A DNA stretch of 55,929 bases from an uncultured Spirochaetaceae bacterium (GCA_964520025.1 CAZFMD010000001.1:1-55929); one strand, 5' to 3'. Shown: positions 25,645 through 34,497, counted from the first letter of the stretch. Program-made: numbers and translations. The notes: generated by a model from the sequence alone, not told the origin.

Positions 25645-26571
25645 CTATCCTCCCAAATCCATCTGCTGCTTTATCTTCGCCACCATGCCCTCCTCCGACG
25701 CGGTTAGGGGCAGGAGCGGGGGCCTCTCAAAACCGCCGGGCAGCCCCATATCTCGCATGATCCTTTTGGTCAGCTGTATGGCTTTTCCCGCTTCCCGCAT
25801 GAAACGGATGTACAGAACAAACCGCCGGCTCAGCCGCTCGGCCTCTCCATAGTCGCTCTGCGCACAGGCCCGCCACAACTCCAGAGTCAATTCAGGCGCA
25901 AAATTTCCGGCCAGAGTATAGAATCCGCTGGCACCCGCCAAGGTCGCCTGGGGCTCCCAGAGCGGACCTCCGCCGTTCAGGATTGTAAGCTTGCCAGCCA
26001 GCCCCTCAGCGCATATCTTGAATTTCGTGAAATCCGCCGTACAGTCCTTCAGCGCTATGATCTTGTCCATGCACGCCAATTCCTGCAAAACCTCGAAATC
26101 GATGTCTACACAGACCTGTACGTTGTTGTACAGCACCACACCGAGATCAACGCTCTCCGTCAGGCTCCTGTAGAATTCGAGAATTTGGGCATTGCTCGGG
26201 ACGAAATAGTAGGGTGGCATGACCATGACCCCATCTGCACCGGCCTTCTGTGCGCTCTGGCACAGATGAATCACGCTTCGGGTATCGGTGGCATTGCAGC
26301 CGACCACAACGGGCACCTGCCCCTCCGCCTCTTCGACAATCGCCCGGATGATCTCCTTGCGTTCCTCAACATCCACGGAAAAGCACTCACTCATGCTTCC
26401 TAGAGCAACCAGGGATCCTGTTCCCTCTCGGATGCCCCGGTCGATCAAACAATGGGTCAGCTCCCTGACGCTGTCTATGCAGACGTTTCCCTGCTGGTCG
26501 AAAGGCGTAACCATGATAATCTGCACACCCTTCATCCGCTTCCGCAGATCTCCCGGTGAGGTACCCGCCAT
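25645..26571 (-). CDS. DapA/NanA-family class I aldolase, paralogue 2 (atypical GSMSE motif)
   Basis: Contains GSMSEC, VVLYNNVQ (Tyr) and IIALKDCTA (Lys). Start is ATG 26571 with AGGAG 7 nt upstream; the ORF-track start 26577 is a TTG with no spacing to the SD. Confidence 0.8.
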   Translation of the reverse strand: MAGTSPGDLRKRMKGVQIIMVTPFDQQGNVCIDSVRELTHCLIDRGIREGTGSLVALGSMSECFSVDVEERKEIIRAIVEEAEGQVPVVVGCNATDTRSVIHLCQSAQKAGADGVMVMPPYYFVPSNAQILEFYRSLTESVDLGVVLYNNVQVCVDIDFEVLQELACMDKIIALKDCTADFTKFKICAEGLAGKLTILNGGGPLWEPQATLAGASGFYTLAGNFAPELTLELWRACAQSDYGEAERLSRRFVLYIRFMREAGKAIQLTKRIMRDMGLPGGFERPPLLPLTASEEGMVAKIKQQMDLGG

Positions 26572-26584
26572 ATTCAATCTCCTG

Positions 26585-27493
26585 TTAGATGACCTCCAAG
26601 CGGCTGAGGTGTTTCTCGATCTGCTCTCTCTCCTGTGCCGTCGCCGGATCCAGAGGAAGTCTGCAGGGGCCGACCGGATGACCGGCGATCTCCAAGGCCG
26701 CTTTCAGTACCGGAATGGGATTCACCCGCCCGTTCGGGCACAGGGCCTTGAAGAAGGGATCCAGGGCCAGGTGGATTTGAAGGGCTTTCTCATTCTTTCC
26801 GGACAAGAACAGCTCCATCATGTTGCGTATCTTGTCCCCGACCAAATGGGAACCGCCGCTCACCGTACCCGCCGCTCCCTGCACCAGACCGCAGAGGGTC
26901 ATAATGTCGTCTCCGTTGTAGATACTGAAATCTTCGGGCGTTACCAGAGCATACTCCGTCATCTGGGTCGGATTCAGTCCCAACTCGTCTTTGATGCCCC
27001 TGACATTCTCGATTTTCGAGAGCCCGGCTACGGTTTCAGGATTGATATTCACCCCGGAAAAGAGGGGAATATTGTACAGCATGACCGGCAGGGACGTTCC
27101 CCGGGCAATCGTTTCGAAATGCCGGTAGATTCCTTCCTGGGTCGGCTTGCAGTAGTAGGGAGATACGACCATCACGGCATCGTACCCGAGCTTCTCTGCT
27201 TCCCGGGTCAGCAGCAGAGCCTCCCGGGTAGATCCGGCCCCCGTGCCGGCCACAAGGGCCGCCCGGCCGGCCGCCGCCTCCTTGACAACGGTGAAAAGCT
27301 CAATCCGCTCGGCGTTCGTGAGGGCGTGAAACTCTCCGGTCGTGCCGGCCACCAGAATAGAATCGCAGTATGACTTTCCGATTAAATGATCTACCAGCGT
27401 TTTCGCTTCCTCGTAGTTCAACTCACCGTCCTGGGTAAAGGGGGTTACCAGGGGTACGATGATATGCTTCAAGGTCTCACTGAGTGCTTTCAT
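26585..27493 (-). CDS. DapA/NanA-family class I aldolase, paralogue 3 (canonical GTTGE)
   Basis: Contains VAGTTGEF, VMLYNIPLF and VRGIKDELG, with AGGAAGGA upstream. Confidence 0.85.
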   Translation of the reverse strand: MKALSETLKHIIVPLVTPFTQDGELNYEEAKTLVDHLIGKSYCDSILVAGTTGEFHALTNAERIELFTVVKEAAAGRAALVAGTGAGSTREALLLTREAEKLGYDAVMVVSPYYCKPTQEGIYRHFETIARGTSLPVMLYNIPLFSGVNINPETVAGLSKIENVRGIKDELGLNPTQMTEYALVTPEDFSIYNGDDIMTLCGLVQGAAGTVSGGSHLVGDKIRNMMELFLSGKNEKALQIHLALDPFFKALCPNGRVNPIPVLKAALEIAGHPVGPCRLPLDPATAQEREQIEKHLSRLEVI

Positions 27494-27563
27494 GGGAATT
27501 CCTTCCTTGAGGCAGCTGCTCGTTCTGAATCGCCAGTCGCCGCCGAAAATTTATCCGATTTAG

Positions 27564-27577
27564 GTCTGATATCAGAC
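27564..27577. promoter_or_regulatory. Perfect 14-bp palindrome GTCTGATATCAGAC, candidate GntR/FadR-type operator
   Basis: Read directly from the sequence. It overlaps the -10/+1 of the minus-strand promoter in the gntR-dapA divergent region and fits the GT-Nx-AC logic of FadR-subfamily sites. Confidence 0.5.
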
Positions 27578-27604
27578 AATAACACACATCATTGGACACG
27601 TCAA
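27576..27604 (-). promoter_or_regulatory. Candidate sigma-70 promoter of the two-aldolase operon (TTGACG-17-TATTGT)
   Basis: The reverse complement reads TTGACG tgtccaatgatgtgtgt TATTGT ctgatatcagac. Confidence 0.5.
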
Positions 27605-27619
27605 CGGGGATTTATGAAA

Positions 27620-27649
27620 TTGACGCACTAAAGCCCTCGGCAATATACT
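27620..27649 (+). promoter_or_regulatory. Candidate sigma-70 promoter of the GntR-family gene (TTGACG-18-TATACT)
   Basis: TTGACG cactaaagccctcggcaa TATACT, about 52 nt upstream of the TTG start at 27702. Confidence 0.5.
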
Positions 27650-27701
27650 GGGATCAGGCAAAACGAAACCGTCCGCTAACTGCCCGATAACGAGAGTAAT
27701 T

Positions 27702-28403
27702 TTGAAGGCGATTGAAAAAGTATCGATCATCGATCTGGTGGTAAAGGAGATCCAAGAGATGTGCCTTTCCGACGAGATCGCCGTTGGTGAGAAACTACCC
27801 ACCGAAAAGAAGCTGGGGGAAACTCTCAACGTAGGCAGGTCCACTGTTCGTGAGGCTATTCGGATTCTTCAGGCCACCGGGCTTGTCGAGATGAAACCGG
27901 GCAGGGGCGCTTTCCTTAAATCGAAAACCCTGAATGATCCGTCTACCATCAGCAAGTGGTTCCGGGAACATGAATTCCAGCTTCGTGACTTCATGGAAGT
28001 TCGTATGGCCCTCGAGCCGCTGGCCGTGAAGCTGGCGATCCAGCGGGGCACGGAAGCGGAGCTCACAGAGATTGCCGAGATATTCAAAACCTTCGAGCAA
28101 GCCCAGGAGAACAAGGATGTCATCAATCTCGCCATCAGTGACGAGGCCTTCCACAGCGCCATCGTGAAAGCCACCCACAACAAACTGTTGATCATTATCA
28201 ATCAGAATATCGCCGACGCCTTTGCGGAGTATCGGACCAAGTCTTTCGCCTCAAAAAATACGGCCAACCATGCTCTTGAACCCCATCGAGCAATCCTAGC
28301 CGCTCTGCAGAAGCGGGATGGTGCGCAGGCAATGGAACAGGCAAGGAGACACCTCGAAATTTCACTCAGGGATATCGAACAGGTGGTACGTGAAGAGCTT
28401 TAA
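27702..28403 (+). CDS. GntR-family regulator, FadR subfamily (FCD domain)
   Basis: TTG start. The wHTH is KLPTEKKLGETLNVGRSTVREAIRILQATGLV and the C-terminus is helical and FCD-like. Confidence 0.85.
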   Translation: MKAIEKVSIIDLVVKEIQEMCLSDEIAVGEKLPTEKKLGETLNVGRSTVREAIRILQATGLVEMKPGRGAFLKSKTLNDPSTISKWFREHEFQLRDFMEVRMALEPLAVKLAIQRGTEAELTEIAEIFKTFEQAQENKDVINLAISDEAFHSAIVKATHNKLLIIINQNIADAFAEYRTKSFASKNTANHALEPHRAILAALQKRDGAQAMEQARRHLEISLRDIEQVVREEL

Positions 28404-28434
28404 ACCGGTTTTAGGATCCGCACAAACAACTGCG

Positions 28435-30486
28435 CTACGGCAGATCCAGGGACAGGATGTAGCGATCCAGCTGCTCCCGCTGTCGCTGCTCCTGGGCCCG
28501 CAGATCCTCGATCATTGTCAAGGCCTGCTCTAACAGATCCTCCTGTTCGTCCAGCAATCCCACGTAGCGCTTGTACAGATCCGAGGTCTTCTCCAGCCGG
28601 GACATGTTCTCCCGGATGCGGCTCTGCTCCCGGTGGATGGTGTTGACCTTGCGCTCCTGCTCCTGCCGCAGACTCACCGTTTGGGCCAGGGCAGCCTTGC
28701 GTTCGGCCAGCTGCTCCAGGGCCCGCTTCACGCGCCGATCCACGTTACGGGCACTGAGGAAGTAGGTGATCTGGTTGTCGTTGATGTTGGTGAGCATCAC
28801 GGTTCTATCGAGCTGCCGCTCCTGGGCGACCAGCAGCTCTTCACCACCACCTGCAGGGACCTCCACGAGAAAGCGATAGGCGCTGCGGGTGGTCTCCTCC
28901 GCCTTGGCCGGAGCGACCAGGTCCCAGTCGGGATTCAGGGGATGCTCGATCAGCACGGAGCGGGAGCGGTTATCCGAGTTCTTGAGCCGGTAGGTGGATT
29001 CGGCGCGTTGGGAAAGGGTGCTGATCAGGGTTCCCTTGACGATGCGCACCGACAGCAGGGTCTCCGGAACACTGCGGGAGCTGAGGGCCACCTCCGTGTC
29101 CAGGTCGATGGCGAAGCTGATCAGCCGCTCGGCCCCGGCCGGAAGCGTGTCGATGCGGGCGTCCCCGGCGTAGCTTCCCTGCTCGAACACGGTCAGGGGT
29201 CCGCCCATCAGATCGAATCCGGTCGTGTTCTTGAGCTTCAGCCCGTAAAGCGGGTGTTTGGCCTGCACCCTCTGGTTGTAGATCGAAAACCTCCGGCCCT
29301 CCACCTTCTGCGTCACGATCGGCAGCATGGCCGATTCCTTGCGGGGAACCGTCACCGGATGCCGGATCAGGTAGCGGAAGAAGCTGCCCGCCTCCTCCGC
29401 CCGGGCGGCCGTGGTCACACCCTGGCTCAGATCCAGCTGGTCCCGCAGAGCCTGCTCTTCGAGCATCGGTTCGGCCATGGGCGCGGCCCGGGATTCGGCC
29501 ATGCGCTGTTTAGCCATGGGCGCCTCCGGTGGAGCGGCGGCCAGGCCCAGATCCTCCTCGTAGCGTTGGGGCGCGATCGAGGAGTAGGTCTCCACCTGCA
29601 CCGTGGGGCGGGGAACATAGATCGGCCTGTAAAGGTCCATAATGAAGGAGATGGGGCGGCCCGACACCAGGCTCAGGGAAACCTCCCGCCAGTCCTCATC
29701 CGTGGTGTTTTCCACGATGGCCCAACCTTGAAGAAAATGCTCCTGCCCCTCTTCCAGGACCAGGCGGTAGCTGGTCTTCCACAGGGGAGCTTCCAAAAGG
29801 TAGCCCACCCGTATCCGCCGCTTCCCCTCCCCGGCGAACCCGACGGTGACCCGTTTCTTCTCCGCGCTGCGGCTCTCGGCCAGCAGGGACAGGGCCTGAT
29901 CCAGCTCCGCCTGCAGCCGGGGGTTGAGAAAGCGGAAGGAACGCACCTCGGCCAAATTGATGCTCCGCATCCCTTCAACGGTGAGCAGATTGAGGAAGGT
30001 ATCGGCGGTATTCTCACCACTGGGCTTGGATTCCACGCCCACGATCGTCCCGCTGATCCGTTGAGAGGTGGTCAGCTCCACCGCCTCCCCCCGCACCTGG
30101 GTCAGGATCTGAGCTATTCCCGGATTACCGGTCAGGTCGATGGCAAAGCTCTGCAGGGTCCGGGCCAGCGGATCCCGGGAGGAATAGGTCACCTCCGTGA
30201 CCTGGCCGCCGTCCAGGTCCTGCACCACCAGGCTCTTGAGCAGATCGTTGATGTCCTTGGTCTTGAAGTACAGATCCAGGTCGGTACTGCCGTTGACCGT
30301 CCCCTCCCGCTGGAAATAACCTACCCCGCTGGTGAACAGCACTACCTTGGAGAGGGGAAGCGCTCCGGAGGCCCCGGGAAGACTCGAATTGCCGCCCTCC
30401 CACTGGCCCTGGGCGGAAAGCTGTGTCGCCGAGAACAGCAACACGATCAGCACGCCGAAAACAACCACACCGATTCTGGTTTTCAT
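28435..30486 (-). CDS. Secreted DUF4139/DUF4140-type protein (MuiA-like) with a C-terminal coiled coil
   Basis: Trimmed to MKTRIGVVVFGVLIVLLFSATQLSAQG (ATG 30486). Contains GYFQREG, DINDLLKSLVVQD, WKTSYRLVL and LQGWAIVENTTDEDWREVSLSLVSGRPISF. The last ~110 aa are E/Q/R/L-rich. Confidence 0.6.
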   Translation of the reverse strand: MKTRIGVVVFGVLIVLLFSATQLSAQGQWEGGNSSLPGASGALPLSKVVLFTSGVGYFQREGTVNGSTDLDLYFKTKDINDLLKSLVVQDLDGGQVTEVTYSSRDPLARTLQSFAIDLTGNPGIAQILTQVRGEAVELTTSQRISGTIVGVESKPSGENTADTFLNLLTVEGMRSINLAEVRSFRFLNPRLQAELDQALSLLAESRSAEKKRVTVGFAGEGKRRIRVGYLLEAPLWKTSYRLVLEEGQEHFLQGWAIVENTTDEDWREVSLSLVSGRPISFIMDLYRPIYVPRPTVQVETYSSIAPQRYEEDLGLAAAPPEAPMAKQRMAESRAAPMAEPMLEEQALRDQLDLSQGVTTAARAEEAGSFFRYLIRHPVTVPRKESAMLPIVTQKVEGRRFSIYNQRVQAKHPLYGLKLKNTTGFDLMGGPLTVFEQGSYAGDARIDTLPAGAERLISFAIDLDTEVALSSRSVPETLLSVRIVKGTLISTLSQRAESTYRLKNSDNRSRSVLIEHPLNPDWDLVAPAKAEETTRSAYRFLVEVPAGGGEELLVAQERQLDRTVMLTNINDNQITYFLSARNVDRRVKRALEQLAERKAALAQTVSLRQEQERKVNTIHREQSRIRENMSRLEKTSDLYKRYVGLLDEQEDLLEQALTMIEDLRAQEQRQREQLDRYILSLDLP

Positions 30487-30493
30487 ACCTCTC

Positions 30494-30522
30494 ACACTAC
30501 AGCGCCCGGTGGCGGAATTCAA
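30494..30522 (-). promoter_or_regulatory. Candidate promoter (TTGAAT-17-TAGTGT); the -10 ends 7 nt before ATG 30486
   Basis: The reverse complement reads TTGAAT tccgccaccgggcgctg TAGTGT gagaggt ATG. Confidence 0.4.
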
Positions 30523-30580
30523 GCATACCGGCCGCCGCTTGATCTTTCTCTCACTCCCGGTCATGGTATGCAGACCAACA

Positions 30581-31768
30581 ATGAAACGGAAACGACACCT
30601 GATTCTCTTCTCCGGGGCAGTATTTCTGCTCTGGTTTTCTCAGTACGTGTTCGTCCCCACCCTGCCCGAGTACCTGCGGGACAAGGTGGGAAGCCTGGCC
30701 GTGGTCGGCGCAATTCTGGCCATGTACGGCCTCTGGCAGGTCGTCATACGCCTGCCCCTGGGGATCCTAATCGACGCGGTAGGGCGGCAGAAGCTGTTCC
30801 TCCTGGGGGGCTTCCTGGTTGCAGCTCTGGGAGCCCTGATCCTGGGTACAGCCGGGACGACCGCCGCACTGTATGTCGGCCGTTCCCTAACAGGCTTGGC
30901 CCAGGGGATCTGGGTGCCCCTGGTCGTGGTGTTCAGCGGCTTCTTTCCCGCAGAGCAATCGGTGCGGGCTGCCGCGGTGGTGACCCTTGTCAGTGCCGCG
31001 GCCAGGATCGCCGCCACTGCCCTGAACGGGTACTTGAACGTGTGGTGCGGCGTCAATTTGGCCTTCTACGTGGCCGCAGCGGCCGCGCTGCTGGCGGCGA
31101 TACTCGTGCTGCCCGTTCCCGTCAACAGCAGGCCCGCCGGAGCACCGAAACCGGGACCCTTGCTGCGACTTTTTGTGCGTAAGTCTGTGTTGCTTCCCTC
31201 TCTGCTGGCAGCGATCAATCAGTACACGCTGTTCGGCATATCCCTGGGATTCATGCCGGTTCTGGCCGGACAGCTGGGCGCTGGGGACGTTACCCTCGGC
31301 TTTCTGGCCACTGTGAATCTGCTGTTCTTCTTGCTGGGGAACCTGACAGCTACCTCTTCGAGCTCTCGACTCAGGTCGGAAACCCTGGTGCTGGCATCAT
31401 ACCTCCTGTTTGCTGCAGCCATTGTCGCAGCCGCACTGGCGCGGAAAGTTCCGCTGTTGTTTATCTGCCAGGGTTGCCTGGGCGTAGCCCACGGAATCGG
31501 CTATCCGGTACTGATGGGCATGACCATCCGGGATATCCCGCCGCAACAACGTACCGCGGCCATGGGACTGCATCAGTCGGTCTATGCCGCGGGGATCTTC
31601 ATCGGACCTTGGGCAAGCGGCGCGCTGGCCGAAGCCCTGGGTATCCGCCCGATGTTCGGCATCACCGCCGGTTTGGTCCTGGTGCTCGGCTGCAGCGGGT
31701 CTATTGTGCTGTCCCGACCTCCGGCAGAGAGGCGAGCAGAGCAGCCAGGGAGCGGTACCAATCCTTGA
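30581..31768 (+). CDS. MFS transporter
   Basis: Trimmed to MKRKRHLILFSG. It has about 12 TM segments and the loop motif GILIDAVGRQK. An alternative ATG lies at 30563. Confidence 0.8.
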   Translation: MKRKRHLILFSGAVFLLWFSQYVFVPTLPEYLRDKVGSLAVVGAILAMYGLWQVVIRLPLGILIDAVGRQKLFLLGGFLVAALGALILGTAGTTAALYVGRSLTGLAQGIWVPLVVVFSGFFPAEQSVRAAAVVTLVSAAARIAATALNGYLNVWCGVNLAFYVAAAAALLAAILVLPVPVNSRPAGAPKPGPLLRLFVRKSVLLPSLLAAINQYTLFGISLGFMPVLAGQLGAGDVTLGFLATVNLLFFLLGNLTATSSSSRLRSETLVLASYLLFAAAIVAAALARKVPLLFICQGCLGVAHGIGYPVLMGMTIRDIPPQQRTAAMGLHQSVYAAGIFIGPWASGALAEALGIRPMFGITAGLVLVLGCSGSIVLSRPPAERRAEQPGSGTNP

Positions 31769-32966
31769 GTTCTTTGCCCGCCACGGGAATGCCGATAATG
31801 TCCAGATGATCCGTGGATTCCAGCACCCCCATGTAATTCCACTGTCCCGGCAGCGGCTCTCCGCTGAACAGCTGTACTTTGTCCGCAGATCCCAGGGTCG
31901 GCCCCTCCATCGAATTGGTGTTGACGATCCCGTCATTCTGCCACCAGGAACTGTCGATGGGCAGATCCGGTTCATCCTCCCTGGAGTATGAACCCATAAA
32001 TCGGGCGATGGAGGCAATAGGTCCGGGCACCCCGATCTCCGGTACCTGTGTCCCGCTCAGCGGATCGCGATAGGTTGCCTCGGTTGCCCAGGAGAAGTAG
32101 TAGACCGGGGCTTGAGCCTGAACCCAATTATTGAGCTCAATGGCTCCCTCGGGGGAGCCGTCCCAGTAGGCTGTGTCTGTGGAACGAGTCCAGATATCGC
32201 TGGAAACCACCCGATCCCGATACGAGTAGAAATCCTCCCCGGGCATGCGGGCCAATCCCCACTGATCGAGCTTGAAATCGTAGTACAGATCGGGAGAGCT
32301 GGAGCTCAGTGAGATCAGAAAGGTGACGGCCGGCTTGATCAGCGACTGATCCCAATTGTATCTGTAGGCGAAGGTCGTGCCGTCGTGGGGCGAAGAGATC
32401 GTGGTCAGGCTACACACCCAGGATTTGCCGCCCTGGAACAGGGGATGGTTCCCCTGCCCCGAAAGCGGAGAGCCTTGCTCCAGCAGTTGGATCAAAGCTC
32501 TGCCGGTGGGCCCGCCCAGGCTGTGGCCGATGATGTGGACCTTCCTGACCCTGCCCGAATCCGAATCCACCTCGCCCCACTCCGGATACAGGCCGGGATA
32601 GCTCCTGCCGTAGCGATCGTGCCCAAACTCAATCGAGTGGGCTTCCCCGTAGTCGACCCGGCCGCCCTTGATGCACGCGTACAGCTCACAGGTCCGATCC
32701 CAAATACTGGATACCGGACCCACAGCGGCCGTATAGGTCTCATACCCCGCCTCCCGCAGTTCCTCCTCCAGATCGCTGAATCCACCCCAGTACTTGAAGC
32801 CGAACAGCTCCTCCCGGCCGAAGCCGAGAAAGCCATGGACCAGAATGATGGGATAGCGGTTGGCTCTGCGCTGCAACGAAATGGTCTCCAGGGAAGGGGG
32901 GCGGCCGCTGCAGGCCACCACGAGGGAAACGGCAAAAACAAGGATCGTCGCTCTCCGATAGCTCAT
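31701..32966 (-). CDS. Secreted lipoprotein lipase/esterase (alpha/beta hydrolase)
   Basis: Lipobox LVVAC, oxyanion region PIILVHGFLGFG and nucleophile elbow IGHSLGG. ATG 32966 is preferred; the ORF-track start 32969 is a TTG. Confidence 0.8.
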   Translation of the reverse strand: MSYRRATILVFAVSLVVACSGRPPSLETISLQRRANRYPIILVHGFLGFGREELFGFKYWGGFSDLEEELREAGYETYTAAVGPVSSIWDRTCELYACIKGGRVDYGEAHSIEFGHDRYGRSYPGLYPEWGEVDSDSGRVRKVHIIGHSLGGPTGRALIQLLEQGSPLSGQGNHPLFQGGKSWVCSLTTISSPHDGTTFAYRYNWDQSLIKPAVTFLISLSSSSPDLYYDFKLDQWGLARMPGEDFYSYRDRVVSSDIWTRSTDTAYWDGSPEGAIELNNWVQAQAPVYYFSWATEATYRDPLSGTQVPEIGVPGPIASIARFMGSYSREDEPDLPIDSSWWQNDGIVNTNSMEGPTLGSADKVQLFSGEPLPGQWNYMGVLESTDHLDIIGIPVAGKELKDWYRSLAALLASLPEVGTAQ

Positions 32967-32974
32967 CAATTTCT

Positions 32975-32980
32975 ATTATA
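32975..32980 (-). promoter_or_regulatory. Consensus -10 box TATAAT 8 nt upstream of the lipase ATG
   Basis: The reverse complement reads TATAAT agaaattg ATG. I found no SD and no convincing -35. Confidence 0.35.
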
Positions 32981-32994
32981 TACAAACAGATGTC

Positions 32995-33023
32995 TTGATT
33001 TCATCGTAACCGGAGCACTAAAT
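32995..33023 (+). promoter_or_regulatory. Candidate rtcB promoter (TTGATT-17-CTAAAT); the -10 ends 7 nt before the ATG
   Basis: TTGATT tcatcgtaaccggagca CTAAAT ttacggt ATG, with no SD. Confidence 0.4.
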
Positions 33024-33030
33024 TTACGGT

Positions 33031-34485
33031 ATGGCGACGGCCGGCTGTGCACAGATCAACGAAAACCTCTGGGAAATCCCGCGATCCTACAAACAGGGCA
33101 TGCGGGTCCCGGTGCGTATCTACGCCAGCAAACAGCTGCTGGACAGCATGGACGCCTCCGTGTTCGAGCAGGCAACAAACGTGGCCACCCTGCCCGGGAT
33201 CGTGGGCTACTCCTTCTGCATGCCCGACGGCCACAGCGGCTACGGCTTTCCCATCGGGGGGGCGGCCGCCTTCGACACCGAGACCGGCGTGATCTCACCC
33301 GGAGGGATCGGCTTCGACATCAACTGCGGCATGCGCCTGGTGGCAACCTCCCTGACCTGGGAGGAGGTCCAACCCGTGCTGCATCGGCTGGTGGACCGCC
33401 TGTTCGTCCGCATCCCCGCCGGAGTGGGGGCAAAGGGACCGCTGGAGCTTTCCCGCAGCGAGTTTCGCACCCTTTCGGAAAAGGGCATGAAGTGGTGCCT
33501 GAAGAAGGGATACGCCATCCAGGAAGATCTGGAGCGAACCGAGGAAAACGGCTGCATCAAGGACGCGGACGCCTCCAAGGTCAGCGAACGGGCCGTGGAG
33601 CGGGGCTACAAACAGATCGGTACGCTCGGATCGGGCAATCACTACCTGGAGATCCAGGTGGCCAAACCGGAGAATATCCTGGATGAGAAACTGGCCTGCG
33701 CCTACGGAATCGACCGCCCGAATCAGGTGGTGCTGATGTTCCACTGCGGCAGCCGGGGCTTTGGGCACCAGATCGCCACGGATTATCTGCAGGGTTTCCT
33801 GCGGGTAATGCAGTCCAAATACGGAATACCGGTTGGGGACAGACAGCTGGCCTGCGCTCCCTTTACCTCGGAGGAGGGCCAGGACTACTTTAAAGCCATG
33901 AACTGCGCCATCAACATGTCCTTCGTCAACCGCCAGATAATCCTCCACCGGATCCGGGAGGTGTTCGCCGAGATCTTCGGCAGAGATCCCATGGATCTGG
34001 GGCTGCACCAGATCTACGATGTGACCCACAACACGGCCAAGGTGGAGCGTCACACCTTCGAGAGAAAGAGACGAAACCTGCTGGTACACCGCAAGGGCGC
34101 AACCCGGGCCTTTGCTCCCGGCATGGGGGGGATTCCGAAGGAGTACCGGGAGGCCGGGCAGCCGGTGATTATCGGCGGCAGCATGGAAACCGGATCCTAC
34201 CTGCTGGCCGGTGTCGAGAGCGGGGAGCAGAGCTTCTACACCACGGCCCACGGAAGCGGACGCACCATGGGACGCCGCCAGGCCAAAAAGCAGTTCCGGG
34301 GACAGGACCTGGAGAAGCGCCTGCGGGATCGGGGCATCTACATCCGCAGCGTGTCCTACTCCGGTCTGGCAGAGGAGGCCGGAGCAGCCTACAAGGACAT
34401 CGACCAGGTGGTTGAGGCGACCGCAGCCGCCGGACTGAGCCGGCCGGTGGTGAAGCTTGTCCCCGTCGGCAATGTAAAAGGATGA
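33031..34485 (+). CDS. rtcB: RNA 3'-phosphate ligase RtcB
   Basis: Contains GIGFDINCGMR, GSGNHYLEIQ, HCGSRGFGHQ and TAHGSGR. Confidence 0.95.
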   Translation: MATAGCAQINENLWEIPRSYKQGMRVPVRIYASKQLLDSMDASVFEQATNVATLPGIVGYSFCMPDGHSGYGFPIGGAAAFDTETGVISPGGIGFDINCGMRLVATSLTWEEVQPVLHRLVDRLFVRIPAGVGAKGPLELSRSEFRTLSEKGMKWCLKKGYAIQEDLERTEENGCIKDADASKVSERAVERGYKQIGTLGSGNHYLEIQVAKPENILDEKLACAYGIDRPNQVVLMFHCGSRGFGHQIATDYLQGFLRVMQSKYGIPVGDRQLACAPFTSEEGQDYFKAMNCAINMSFVNRQIILHRIREVFAEIFGRDPMDLGLHQIYDVTHNTAKVERHTFERKRRNLLVHRKGATRAFAPGMGGIPKEYREAGQPVIIGGSMETGSYLLAGVESGEQSFYTTAHGSGRTMGRRQAKKQFRGQDLEKRLRDRGIYIRSVSYSGLAEEAGAAYKDIDQVVEATAAAGLSRPVVKLVPVGNVKG

Positions 34486-34497
34486 TGAGGCGTAGTG

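Noticed and set aside
28633-31182. 849-aa plus-strand ORF
   Set aside because: It is antisense to the DUF4139 gene and runs in a different frame into the MFS gene. Its composition is Gly/Arg/Pro/His-rich low complexity, so I treat it as a shadow ORF.
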